64,000 bases of DNA from Paragordius varius (GCA_964247055.1 OZ176054.1:2356001-2420000), one strand, 5' to 3'; shown: positions 39,401 through 51,864, counted from the stretch's first letter. The notes: generated from the sequence alone by a model not told the origin. Program-made: numbers and translations.

Positions 39401-42224
39401 GAATTTTGGAAGCATAGTTTTTGGGAGTCTCTTGTATATATTGTAAAAACAGAAAGGACTAAATAATGATTAAACCATTATGACAGGATTGTAAAAGGAA
39501 ATGTTTATGGCATAATTGAATTTAAATGGAGTTTATGTTTTAAATTCAGGGAATATTGCTTCAAAAACCATTTTTTTAATTTAGAAGCGTATTTTAACAT
39601 CGGGTGGCAATACGGGGTCGAAAACAAAGAATGCGTATAATAAATCGCCGCATTTATAATGATAGCCCAGTATTTAAGTCATAGGTTTTCCAATATATCG
39701 CTTCAAAGGAATATTTTGCGCGCCTTTTATTGCAAAAAAGCTTATTATACACAGAACTGGCTACATTAATATCGGGGCATTCATAACACTGTGCCGGCAA
39801 AAATGGGGAATAAAAAATAAAGGTTAATAAATCATATATCATTGGATAGCTAATAACTTCAGGATAATAAATATCGAAAGGATATCCACGGTGGTTAAAA
39901 TACTTGGAAAAAAGCTATCTTAGACAAAATCAAAAAATCGCAAATAGGTCAAATAAAATTAAATACAATAAATGAAAACGTGGCAACAAAATTTGTATAC
40001 TATAGCCTAAGGATATTTCTAAAAGCAAAATATTATTAACAAATATTTTAAAATTTTTCGGATGGTCCTAGAAAGATTTTCAAGGATATAAGTTAAAAAA
40101 TCGCATTTTGACGTGAAATTTAACTTGTTAATACAGTTATTTTAATTAGAAAATTATATATTAACCCTATATATAAAAATCGCACAATATATCGCCTTAA
40201 AAAAATAAGCCCTATATAAAAAAGAAATTTTTCGATAATTTGCACCAAAGCGGAAACTATGTATAAATTTTACAAAACATACGATATATAGTTATAAATA
40301 TTTTTTTATAAAATTCGATTAAAAAAAAATCTATCATCTCGGATTTTTTATTATAAATTTTTTACCAAAAATTAATATATTTTTGGCGCCATTTTTAGGG
40401 CATAACTTCCCCAATTTAAAAACTGAGATATCTTTTTTCTGCATCGATTTGTATGGAAAAGTTATTTATAATATATATTGAATGTTTAAAAATCTATGCA
40501 GCCTCCTTCCGCTTAGATGCAAATTATCGAAAAATTTTCTTTTTTATATAAGGCCAAAATTTTTGTTGAAGGCTATATATTGTGTGAAATCTATATAAAA
40601 AGTTAATATATGATTTTTTTAATAAAAATAAAAATCTTTTACCGTATTAACAAGTTTTTATGATTAAAATTTGACGCCAAATGCAATATTTAGCTTATAT
40701 TCTTAAAAATGTTGCTGGGACCCTCTGAAAATGTGTAAAATCTTTGTTGATAATATTTTGCGTTTTAAATAATCCTTATGCTATATCAACACAAATAAAG
40801 TTTAATTGACACGTTTTTTTCAATTGTATTTAATTTTAGTTGACCTAATATGCGATTTTTTTTAATTTTGCTAGACGCAAAAAATAACTTTTTTTCTATT
40901 ATTTTAACCGCATATATCATTTCCATATTCATTATCCTAAAGCTTTTAACCATCGAATAATACATAATTCATTAACATTTAGTTTTTGTTGCGCACCGTA
41001 TAAGTTTAGAAGCATATAGTATTAAATTTAAATGGGCTCCTTTTCCCAAAAACGCTGCAAACACACGATTTTTGAGGGCTTTTATTAAAAAATATGTATT
41101 TTAGAGGAGTTTACGCCAGAAAAAGATTGGACCATTTATATGAATAAAATAAAAAATGTCTATTAAATAATTTTAACGAGCAGCCCACACGTTTTCTATT
41201 GGATAAAAAGGAGATATGATAATTGGCTTGATCCAAGTATAATCGGTTGCCCTCTCCGGGCCTTAAGTTCTCTGTTTTCTCTTTCACCAACTATAATTGG
41301 TCTTAAAATTTAAAATACACAGTATTTATACAAAATCCTAACTGACAGTGTTTACTCGTGTTACTGAGGAGTCAAGGACGAAACGCGACACACTCACAGT
41401 CATCTTAAAATTTTCGTTTCATAAGCCACCTATTGCTTGATAGGAAGTACTATGACTTCTAATTTCAAAGGTAGGCTAATAACAATAGTATCTATATTAT
41501 GTCGTTATTAAATATGAGTACAAATAATTATACTATTATCCACAATAAATTATGGCTCAATAGTGTCAAAGAGAATCGATAATTGGGTCCATCACCAATA
41601 ATTGACCTTACTTATGATAAATAATATTAAAGACCGAATAATCAAATGCAATTATGATTTTTTTAAAACATCAACGTATCGTTTCTCCATTATTACAAAT
41701 TTAATAAATGCTGAATAAGGCCAGCTTTTCATGAATGGTCAAGAAAAATAATAAATATTCCACTTATATAACTTAATAAAATATATGTATTTGAAAATAG
41801 ATTTATAATTAAAATACTTTTTGTGAAACATCAAACGATTTGGCTTTAACGTTTTCGGTTGGTTTGACGGAAAAAAACTAAAGATTAAAAATATTATACA
41901 AAATCATTGATGGGACCAAAAATTTCGTCAACTTTGCCAATAGCAACTTTATTTTCCAAAAATATGGGTGCATTGAAATAGGGTACTTTTGTGATTATAG
42001 ATTTGCACACTAAATATTCTTCACATGGGAACTCAAATTTACAACATTCTGCAAAATTATATTTAAATATACTAAATTTAAAAAATTAAAAAAATTTTGT
42101 TTAAACAAAATAAAAAAATTAAACCTATAACGCGATCTGGAATTTCATCTTCAACTCGGTTAAAACGGTTTCCACCACCACCACGGCCCCCTCTAAACCC
42201 ACCTCGATTGAAATTTCCTCGCAT
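36457..42224 (-). CDS. GAR1: H/ACA ribonucleoprotein complex subunit 1 (176 aa)
   Basis: Exons 42224-42125, 42048-41900, 41877-41818 and 36678-36457 (531 nt). They read [13 protein letters not shown]..., [28 protein letters not shown]|[17 protein letters not shown]|[17 protein letters not shown], followed by an RGG tail. Confidence 0.95.
37200..38634. mobile_element. Foldback-type element with ~430-bp inverted arms built of 21-bp tandem subrepeats, in GAR1 intron 3
   Basis: Arm ~37200-37625 is the reverse complement of ~38180-38634. The subrepeat is TTTTCCCAGTCAATCGAAACG and the termini are TATACCATTT / AAATGGTATA. Confidence 0.9.
37763..38045. mobile_element. Partial hAT-derived MITE nested in the centre of the foldback element
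   Basis: Starts with CAAGGGTGTCCAAC, the same TIR family as 32294, 35343 and 49142, and contains GGGCCGC motifs. The second TIR is not found. Confidence 0.45.
39845..40955. mobile_element. Old, diverged inverted-repeat (foldback/MITE) element in GAR1 intron 3
   Basis: ~39850-40130 aligns by eye, as the reverse complement, with ~40660-40955 (e.g. AAAATCGCAAATAGGTCAA versus TTGACCTAATATGCGATTTT). Confidence 0.55.
41341..41400 (+). ncRNA. Minimal type I hammerhead-ribozyme-like motif, probably a Penelope-like pLTR remnant and probably inactive
   Basis: CTGAGGA (41364-41370), stem II GTC-AAG-GAC, GAAA (41380-41383) and the palindromic CGCG. The cleavage triplet reads GAC rather than GUH. The flanks ACTGACAGTGT / ACACTCACAGT can pair at 9/11. 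Confidence 0.5.
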
Positions 42225-42285
42225 GCTTACCAAACTTTAAAATGTGAATTTCTGTTTAAAATTTTTAAAATATATATTTGGAGAT

Positions 42286-44379
42286 ATGACTGCTCAACAT
42301 ATTTTGTATCAATTATCGAACATCTTTCTTATCATTGCTTTTATTTTGCCAATAAATGTTAAGGAGCACAAAATTGAACCGTTTACTAAAGGCTGCTTAC
42401 TTATAGGTTTGTTATATAATTATTATATATAGGGTATTTAATTCAATGTTTTTGGTCTTGGAATATTGTTTGTTCTTCTGTCCTTTTTAGTTGGAGCTTT
42501 ATATTTGTCATTGTAAATTTAGCTCAGCTCTTATATACCAGTAATATAACATCGCCTATCGATCTGGGTACCGAGTTGACACATTTCTATAAAAAATATT
42601 TTTTACCATTTAAGGTATATAAAATTTGATTTTAGGTAAATAAATTTGTTTTTGAGAAATTTGTGGCAAAATCAAGCTCGTATAAAATGTATAAAGGTGA
42701 ATTATACGGTTTGGGTAATTACAGCTATAATGATGGAATATCACTTTTAATTAAAGGAAGGTATTGATCTGAGAATATTTTTTTAGAATATCAGTTTTCA
42801 ATGGTAAAAATTTTCTCTATCACATATATCCAATGGAATTTATCGACTCATTTGAATATAGTGCTAATAAGTGCATGGCAAACGAGCGAATTCAGGTATA
42901 ATTGGGTAGTTTAGATATTTTTTGCTTCTATTTTTATGAGATATTTATCTTTTAAATTATAAAACAAAAGTCTGTTTTTATAGCATCCACTGTGTGTAAA
43001 ATATTCAGGTATATTTATAATTATTGTAGACGATTAAATTCAATCCGAAACAAATTTTATTAGTTTAAATGAGTTTTTTAAGCAGACAGAAGTCATTGTT
43101 AACCATTATTTTAATTTGAAAGTTGGAAATTTTTACAATTAATTATTTTAGATTTTAAGGTATTGTTTTTTCAGGGGTCGGAACTGGAGACGAATTATAG
43201 ATCTTAAACAATACTTGAAAGATAGTTCTGGTTCTTTGATTCAATTTAAATAATGTTTTTTATCGATTGAATTTTGTTTCCAAGATTTAAAAAAATTATA
43301 ATGATTTTATAACGGTTGAATTTTAGAAACACAGTATTTTACATCAATGTCGGGACTATAAAGAAGCAGAGGTGGAATAATAGGCCCTTTTTATATAATG
43401 CCTTGTCTTTATTAAGCAATTTAACTTTTTTTTGGTTTTATAATTTGAGTATGAATGCGGATGAATTGTTTAACTAAACTATTGAAACAGATAGCAGCAG
43501 CGATTTATGTAGAAATTTCTTTGCAACTTTTAGAAGCTCTGATATAAATGTTTTTATTTTTATTGACATTTAAATTGCTCACTTGTTTGGACTATTTTTA
43601 TTATTTTTTATGGCATTTGTATACTCTATTTTTTTCGAATTTGGAAAACCTGTGTTATTTACTTTGCCTAAAGATATGTAAATGGGTTTGACACTTTGCA
43701 CTCTATATTATAGTTTGTAAAGGGTAAAATATAAAATAGCAATAATTATAAATTATTTATTTTATTGCTGAAACTACAATGTTTTACAAAGATTTGCAAT
43801 AGTTAGTAAATAGGTTGCCATCACAACATGTAAAATTAATTTTCATTTTTTTTTTCAAATATCTAGTTAAGCTTTTTTGCTACTCAAAGCCACACTGAAT
43901 ACGTTTATTGGGATCATAAAACTTTGCAGTTGTTTTTGGCGGAACACAATGAATTTAGGAATGTCTTTAATTTGGTTATTTCACAGGACATACTTGGGAA
44001 ATTGCAAAACGTAATCATTCAACAACAAAATGGAACAAGCAACATTCCATTGCTTGATTTACCAAAAGAATTGCAATTGAAACATTTAACCACTGCTCTG
44101 TTGTTAAACAACGCGCCTAAAATCTCACCCAATATGCATTTTAAAAAGTTCAATGGAACCAAAATTAAACTCATTCATGACGCCGCATTTAATAATTACT
44201 TTTGTCAACAAAAATTTGCATCCAAAGGCGATAAAAATATTTTTAGAACCGACACTGCTGATGCAAATATAGGACCAGCTACAGAATTTACATACGCTGA
44301 CTTACTTGAGATGCGCAAAACATTGCGATTCATAACATATTGTCGCAATAATTTGATTGCAAATGCCGAATTTATTTAA
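42286..44379 (+). CDS. BVES: Popeye-domain-containing protein (BVES/POPDC family), ~349 aa
   Basis: Exons 42286-42406, 42433-42614, 42636-42760, 42787-42895 and 43867-44379 (1050 nt). It has three N-terminal TM helices, YKKYFLPFK|V, ISLLIKGR|ISV, IYPMEFIDSFE and YWDHKTLQLFLAEHNEFRNVFNLVISQDILGKL, matching the Popeye cAMP-binding domain. The exact paralogue is not determinable. Confidence 0.88.
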
Positions 44380-46405
44380 TGTATGTTGAGAATTTTAGTT
44401 GTAAAAATATAAATTTTTATTTAATGTCACGCTTTAGCTTTTGGCTTTTGTGTTTTATCCTAAAATGTGCAATATATGTGACGTAATAAATAGTATTATT
44501 TATGATGTAAAACACGGAAAAATATTGCGTGTTTCAAATGATATTTCTGCGCCCACTCTTATGTCATGTGAATTCCTTTAACAATTATAAAGTCATAGAT
44601 TTAAACCTTAATTTTAGACGATTTTAAACGTTAAAATTTTTAAAAATCCGATAAAATAAGAAAGGGCATAGGCAAATACATTAATGTAAAATCTCACTTC
44701 TAATGATGTTTATAAATTTATCACGTCAAGTTAATAAAATTTTATAATTTAATATATAAATACTAGTAAATTTAAGGACTGCCTCAATTAGATTTTACAT
44801 AGTATTAATTATGTTAACTTTTATGAATATCAAATAAAGAACTTTACCAAGATAATTCTATTTGTTAATATTGTCAACGAGAACGAATATTTTATGTTAA
44901 AATTTAATCGTATTATTATTTTCTTTTGTTTTAGTTAATCCATTGAAAAAGATACTCTCGTGTATCGAAAATTTTGGATATGGTTTGAATTTAATAATTC
45001 TATTTGGTTGTCACACTTTGTGGTATTTAATTTAAGGTGATAATAATCAAAATTTATTGATTGATAATTTACGTACTATGATATGATAACAAAAATAATA
45101 TTTAGTTCTCGAATGAACTTCGTGGTAGATGTGAATAACCAAAACTCCTTTTGAACAATATTAATTTAAAATAGTTTTGAAAGTTAAAATTTTTTTATAT
45201 TCATTTTTGGATTAATAAGCTTTGCGTTCTTACTACAAATACCATTATATATGGATGAAAAAGGACAGTCGATAGGTTTTTGTAGTTTAAAGTACATGGG
45301 GTTAAGTGGCCTTTATTCAAAGTAATGATTCTTTTTAAAATTTTAAGTCTTAAAAGTTAGGAAAATTCAATATTTTACACACTTATGCAATTCATGTATG
45401 TATAAAATAATTTATGATTTAGCCTTAGAGAGGTATAATTCTCAAAATGATTGTTAAAAATTATATTGCGTATAATTGCATTTATTTGGCTTTTATGCCG
45501 TTTATTCTCTTTCAGATAGAGGAACACATCTGCCAAACTATGGGGCATATATATATATATGGTCCGCTGAGCTGACTCAAATTAAGCTGGCTAAAAATAT
45601 TTTTATAACCGTATTGTCCTTTTACTTTATTAGTTCAAAGATTATTAAAAATTTTAAAGACACAAATTTGGTGGTTAAAAGTTTTCCTATTTCAAATTTC
45701 GAACCATCAAACATCAAGCGATTAACTTGAGTAATATTTGCACATTTCCTTATGCATTATGTTACAATATTAAATTAACCGTATAGTAAAAGTAGTTTTA
45801 ATTTATATATTCCAACTAGATAAAATAAAAGTCTAATTGGTTAAATGTTAAACTCACATCTAGTTTTCATATCGCAAAAATAATAAAAATGCTAGAATCT
45901 TGATGACTATTATAAAACTTGTGCGGGGAAATCTAAAGACAAACTTTTTTTAAAGACAACGTTTTTAAATCTTATTTTTTTCCTATATAAATTATTTAAT
46001 TACAAAATGTATAATTGGTTGTATTACAAATTTACATCTCTATTTCATACTTTGCAGTTTAAAACAATACCTTATTTAATAAACAAGTTTAAAACAATTA
46101 TAACGGTCTTTTGAAATATTTTTTGTGTTTTTATTTTGTATGCCTGTATAATTTCAATTTTCACTGTTTTTGTCTAGTACAGTTTTAATCATCAATCATG
46201 TCTATTAAAAGGCGCAAAACAAAATATTTTTCTTGTTTCAAGGACCGTACACCATATTATGTCGAGAAAAAATTTATAGCTATCTGACACATTAGAACTT
46301 TATATTTCAAATATGTACAACACAAAAATTAATAAATAATTTAGGGCGACAAAAAACACTTTTAGGGCCGCTTAAATACCACTGGTTTGAAGAGATACAT
46401 CAAAT

Positions 46406-47743
46406 TTATTTTGGCAAAATAATTTTGATTTCTGACATAACGCGCATCATACATATTTTGAGTAACGTTTGGTAATATTTGCAGCAATTATACACATGAG
46501 TTCGATAGATGCGATTGAATGTTACATTAACGTAAAATGTTATGCTAAAGAAAAAGTATTGTAACATACTCAACACCACGTACAAATCATTGACAACCAC
46601 GACATTGTAATGGAGTAGGAAATAATCTATCCCAAGCTCCATCACACTTATAGGCAGTAAAAACAGGATAAATTGCATAAGTAAAATGTAGATTGTTCGA
46701 GTATGTTGACACATTTCTTGATTCCGTCTATTGTAACTTCTTTGCGTAACGGTTGCTCGTTGATTTTCCATGTTTGATATTGTGACTACGGTCGAAGTAT
46801 TTGTATGTTCTTTACTAGTTTTTCCCTGTTTTGCCTCATTAAATTTTACGCGCCATGTGGTAAATCTATTTCGATTATTACGTGTAGTTGTCGATTGGAG
46901 CATATTCTTTTTGTGCCTATCTGGTAGGGAAATGGAAGTTATACGACGCGTTCTCCGACACTCATAAAATAGATGTAATCGTTTACTTCTCACATAAATT
47001 TTTATGGCTACCAAAACTATGACAGGGAATATGTTGACCAACAATTCTCTACATGTTTGATAAGCTACCCAAAGTCTCCAAATACGCTTACTGTCGGGTT
47101 TAAAAACTTTTTGCGTATAAATTATGATGGTGGCTGTGTCGTTTGAGGCACGGTCTATGAACCTTAATTTAATTGCCCCATCATAGTAGGTGGGATAGGT
47201 GGTTGCATTTGGAGGTAACGTAATTTGATAATTGTAGAACCAGTTATAAATTGGTATATGCCAAATGGCACAATATATGACGGATATAATCAAATATATT
47301 ACGACTGTTTTCCTCGTTAATATCTTGTCAACTCTCGTAGGTTTTAACACGACAATCAATTGACTCCCAAAAAAGAGGAAAAATATGGAAAATGTAAAAC
47401 TCATGAACCATTTCGTAAACATGTAATGTATGTGTGAAAGGTAAAAGGTCCAACCCCAACCATTCCACACAGTGCGACAGCACAGACCCGAAGTATAGGT
47501 TCGTAAAATAGGAATCGGTATTTGCATCAGTACTACGCCAATACTTAGGGCATGAAACAAGGATAGAAGCACGTAATTTAATTGAATGTAACGGGGTAAC
47601 CCGCGACGTTTTATGAACCGTTTATATATGGTGATGTTAAAAAGGATAGCTAGAGCATTCCCAAAAATTCCGATGGCTAGAATCGCGTATGCTGAGATAA
47701 GATTAAAGGGGGCAAGGTCATACGATGTCCTTTCCTCCGCCAT
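46406..47743 (-). CDS. Orphan rhodopsin-class GPCR (peptide-receptor/FMRFamide-Srw-like), 445 aa, intronless CDS
   Basis: Seven hydrophobic segments, GIFGN in TM1, a long basic ICL3 and an FLLP TM6 motif. DRY and NPxxY are degenerate. Confidence 0.8.
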   Translation of the reverse strand: MAEERTSYDLAPFNLISAYAILAIGIFGNALAILFNITIYKRFIKRRGLPRYIQLNYVLLSLFHALSIGVVLMQIPIPILRTYTSGLCCRTVWNGWGWTFYLSHIHYMFTKWFMSFTFSIFFLFFGSQLIVVLKPTRVDKILTRKTVVIYLIISVIYCAIWHIPIYNWFYNYQITLPPNATTYPTYYDGAIKLRFIDRASNDTATIIIYTQKVFKPDSKRIWRLWVAYQTCRELLVNIFPVIVLVAIKIYVRSKRLHLFYECRRTRRITSISLPDRHKKNMLQSTTTRNNRNRFTTWRVKFNEAKQGKTSKEHTNTSTVVTISNMENQRATVTQRSYNRRNQEMCQHTRTIYILLMQFILFLLPISVMELGIDYFLLHYNVVVVNDLYVVLSMLQYFFFSITFYVNVTFNRIYRTHVYNCCKYYQTLLKICMMRVMSEIKIILPK

Positions 47744-50088
47744 CGCCTGTAATTACAATTAAAAATAAAGTATAATTTTTTTATTCATTGAAGGTAGAAA
47801 CAAGAAAAAACTGCTTTTCTCATTAATACATTGTGCTTAAATTCAATAGTTTTCCTATTTCAGCGAAGAAATATAATATACTAATTTGCCTGTAACAGCC
47901 ATATCTATTCTCTTTCCAAGTATATCGTGATTAAAATAAAATGATTTTTATTATATTACAATTAAAATCCTACGTATTGTATATGATGATATAAATGTTC
48001 ATAAATAATTAATGGAGGAAAAAAATTTATTATAGTATAAACTACCCAATATAAAGATAAAGAAAATTACGACATATTCTTTGTAAGTAATATTTTATGA
48101 ATATCAGTCTATTTTTAACTACATAAAGATGGCAATAATAAAATACTGTAAGACTTATGATTGTATAGTTAAAATATATATATTTTCTAACTTTTGTGGG
48201 CGATAAATCTTTATATAAAGTATAATATGGTATAATATTTAAAAAATGTTATCGAAAAAAATTCATACATGTATTTTATATAGACTTAGGTCTAATTAAT
48301 GCAGATTCGATAATCAAATAATTATATTAAAAGGCAATATAATCGATTTAAACAGTTTTATAATTAATTGTCAAAAATTTGTTTAAAGGAAAGTGTGTGT
48401 TGATATATTGTGGAATCGAATGGGTGTGATTTTCAAGTTTTCTATTAAAATGTAGAAATCTCTAACATCATATGTGAACTGTTTTTATCTTGCTTAATAG
48501 CATAATTAATGCTTCTACCGAGCTAACAAAACAAGCAGAGGAATTCAAAAATTTAAAGCATGTGTCTTTTTTCACAAAATATTTTGATGTCATATTCGAT
48601 ATTTTTGCATTTATTTTAAGATATGGTTCATTTTATTGGGATTTGAGATGTGATACTCTTAGAGTAGAAATCATATAGTAAAGTGATCGTAAAATGTATC
48701 AATATTTGCATCATGCTTTTGCTGTTCAGCCTTAAGAGTGACGTAAGAAAGTTATTAGCAATTCGATGGCATTTACTCCATATCAAAAAAAACAAAATTT
48801 GCACCATTGATGCTAAATAATTTTTTTGGTTGAAGAAAAAATCTAATATTGTTTTGCTTTTAGTAGTTTATGATAGATTTTAGTGATATTTTTTGGAATA
48901 ATTCTTTATTCAGCAAAATTATGAATTTTTACTATTTTCATGGAGCAGTTGTCATAAGATGGTAAGGATTTCCCTATATAATTCAAGCCCCAAAACCAAA
49001 AGTATTATGATAATCTTGATATATTTTCCCCCGGAATATATATTTCAATAGATTTTAACTTCCAATTTTACCCGGTGCTAGCACTTAATTTTTACAAATT
49101 TTAGGTTAAGATATTATTTGCCCAAAGCGTAAATTTGAGATCAGGGATGTCCAACAGGCCGGCAAAAAATTTAAGAAATCGTTAATTCGTGAATATATGT
49201 TCACCTAATCTTATTAAAATTGGTTTTAAAACAAATTTTCTAACTAAATCCATCGAATTGGCAACGAACCAGAAGAAATTGTTATATTGTGTTTGCGTTT
49301 TAGAGTCTATTCAATGAATTAAATAATTCCTGTATATTTTCGAATACGGCCCTCTTGAGTAAAAATGCAGCCTACAAAGCCATTTGTATTGGGTCATGAT
49401 TTAAACTACGTGACTTTTTGGGATATTCATATTTAAAAGCTATTGGAGGTTTAAATATCTTAAAAGGTATTTAAAATGTTAAGCTTAAATCAAAAATATG
49501 CTTTCTTTAGCCTTTTAGGCGCATTATACTTTTCGAAAATGTAAAAAACCGTAATTTCAAACTTTTTTCAAGCCATTTCTATAATTTTGTTAAATCGCTG
49601 ACAGGCAAATAAATGTATATTATGGTTAGAAATAATTTTTAACTTTCATGTTACATTACCAGCAAAAACATATATTTTATAATATGAGTGGTTCGTTTCA
49701 ATCATGTTTTGGTGTCCAGATTTCAGACTCTAGATGTCACATAACTGTAAAAATTAAAACTTTGATGCTTAAATTTTAACAACGACTATTAAAACTGTAT
49801 TTTTTTACAAGATTGAGCTCTGGGAAATAAAACTAACTAAGTAAACTAGGACAATAAAAATTTAAAAATGATGTCATAAGTACTTTAAATGTATAGTAGA
49901 GTTAAATTTGAAATGGTTGTGCAGAAATGTTAAAAGGTTATAGTGGTTATCATCTTATTATACATGGTATAGAAATATTTTTTACTTATTATTAAGGATT
50001 TTAATTCTATTTATGTTTGAAATTAACTAATATATTTATTATTTATAGTTGTATAAATCATATGTTAACAATTATGGTGTAAATCAGC

Positions 50089-50865
50089 ATGTCTTTTTAT
50101 TTGATTGTAAGAAAAACTGATTTTTTATATAAAAATTTGGTTGGCAGCATTCGAAACAGAACCAGGATTAATGATCCATATCCACGACCCAGTCATTTTC
50201 TACGGAGAAAATTAGAAGTTGCTACACAACCATTTTATCCTCCAGATGATAGACCACAGAGCGAAAAATGTTTAAATTTAAGAAAAATTAATTTGATTTA
50301 CGAAGAAAATATAAAACACAATAAACCATTTGATCTTTCCCAAATAAACTATTTAAATTATGTCGCCCGGCTTTGGCAAAAATATTTTGCCAATGCTAGT
50401 TACATTTGCTTTTTCCAATTACTCCCATATCTTAAAGGCTCCTTTTTCAGACTAAGAGTTGAACTTAGGAAAAACGATTTTGTGTATCTAACCCTAAATT
50501 ACAAAGTTATGCAAATGGCTTTTACCGGGACAAAATTCAAAAATATCATTGGATTATGTAACGCTCCTACATCTTGTTTTGTATTGAGTAAAGAAACAAA
50601 TCCATCAGTGGACCTAAAAATTATCGGAGAAATATTATCTAAACATAATTTTATCCTACCTCTTGCACATTTTATGGACAATCAAATACTTTCAGCCAAA
50701 GAATTTTCTCAAATTTTGCAATTGAACAACCTTAAAGAAGCCCATTGTATGTTAGGTAAAACATTAAACACAATACCGCCATTAATAACAAACACAATTA
50801 CCCGCCCTGGGCAACAATTATATGATAGTTTAGAAAATCATAAAAATTGTTTAACTGTAAAATAA
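50089..50865 (+). CDS. MRPL10: Mitochondrial ribosomal protein L10 (uL10m), 258 aa, intronless
   Basis: HFLRRKLEVAT, ICFFQ, RLRVELRKND, FKNIIGLC, and LPLAHFMDNQILSAKEF...L..L.EAHCML...L match the MRPL10 pattern. Confidence 0.85.
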   Translation: MSFYLIVRKTDFLYKNLVGSIRNRTRINDPYPRPSHFLRRKLEVATQPFYPPDDRPQSEKCLNLRKINLIYEENIKHNKPFDLSQINYLNYVARLWQKYFANASYICFFQLLPYLKGSFFRLRVELRKNDFVYLTLNYKVMQMAFTGTKFKNIIGLCNAPTSCFVLSKETNPSVDLKIIGEILSKHNFILPLAHFMDNQILSAKEFSQILQLNNLKEAHCMLGKTLNTIPPLITNTITRPGQQLYDSLENHKNCLTVK

Positions 50866-51864
50866 ATGTATAGTTTATTATAATTTCGGATTTTAGCTCA
50901 AAATTTGAAATTGAATTATATGTGAACTCGCATTCGCATATATGAATGACGCTACATATATAAACAATTAATGAATATTAAAATTTTTCCGAGTTAGAAA
51001 AATTGTGGTTCAAAATTGTTAATTGGGAGGGTATTTATCCATAAAGGCCAGTTTTAGATGTTTAACAAAAGCAGCTAATCTCTGCAACTTAATTTTTTCA
51101 CATACCGCTATTTATACATTATAGTATTTACATTAATGGAAACTTATAAATTAAATTTTTAATAAACGTGAATAATAAATCAAGTAAACGGTTGCCTATC
51201 TTAAAATATTGATTTTCGGGTATCAGAGTATTTTTCATTTCAGAGTTTATAAGCTTGTAAAAAAACTACACTTTCTAATCTAAACTTAGTGGATAGTAGG
51301 ATTCGTTTAAGTTTTAGTAGCAATAATACGCAATCCTGTAGTTTCGGTGCCTGTATTATTTTTTTTAAAAAATATTTTTTAAGCAATATTAGCTATAAAT
51401 TGAATAAAGAATAATCTTTTAATTTTTTTCCCGGAGCTTCAATTCCGATCGAATACAACAGTTATTATTTAAAATTAAAAATCAAAAAGTTGCCCCCAAA
51501 TTATAATAATATAAATAGTATATCTATATTTTACTTTATTTATTAACAAAGTTAGAAACATATTTAGCGACTTAAGTTTTTTACAATCAAACTTTTTAAA
51601 AAAATGCATCTAAACGGCCATAGAAGCATAGTGTTTAATTTAATATGCGATATTCATTAATTTTCATAAATTATATTATCGCTATAAAAAACCAAGCATC
51701 ACCATTATATTATTTAAAATGTGAAATTCTCTCAACTTTTTAGCCCAATATCTGCGGTATTTTTATAAATATGTAAAATCAAAATTTAACGCAAAACCAT
51801 TCGGTTCAATCAATTTATTCGAGTATAGTCCATAATAATGATAATTGTTACACCAAAAAGCTTT

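Noticed and set aside
39654-39842. ORF with a signal-like start and QCYEC (Ly6-like), together with CVCDLPFCN at ~35570-35620
   Set aside because: There are no splice sites joining them in frame, the last GAR1 exon lies between them, and the second piece is preceded by a stop with no acceptor.
43009-43029. Candidate 21-nt intron gtatatttataattattgtag
   Set aside because: Splicing it leads to a stop after 11 codons. The conserved Popeye C-terminus is encoded at 43867-44379 instead, so it is not counted among the ten.
43160-43174. Candidate 15-nt intron gtattgttttttcag
   Set aside because: No conserved reading frame requires it, and it lies inside the POPDC intron.
48490-48810. Short ORFs on both strands between the GPCR and MRPL10
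   Set aside because: They have no recognisable motifs or convincing splice context.
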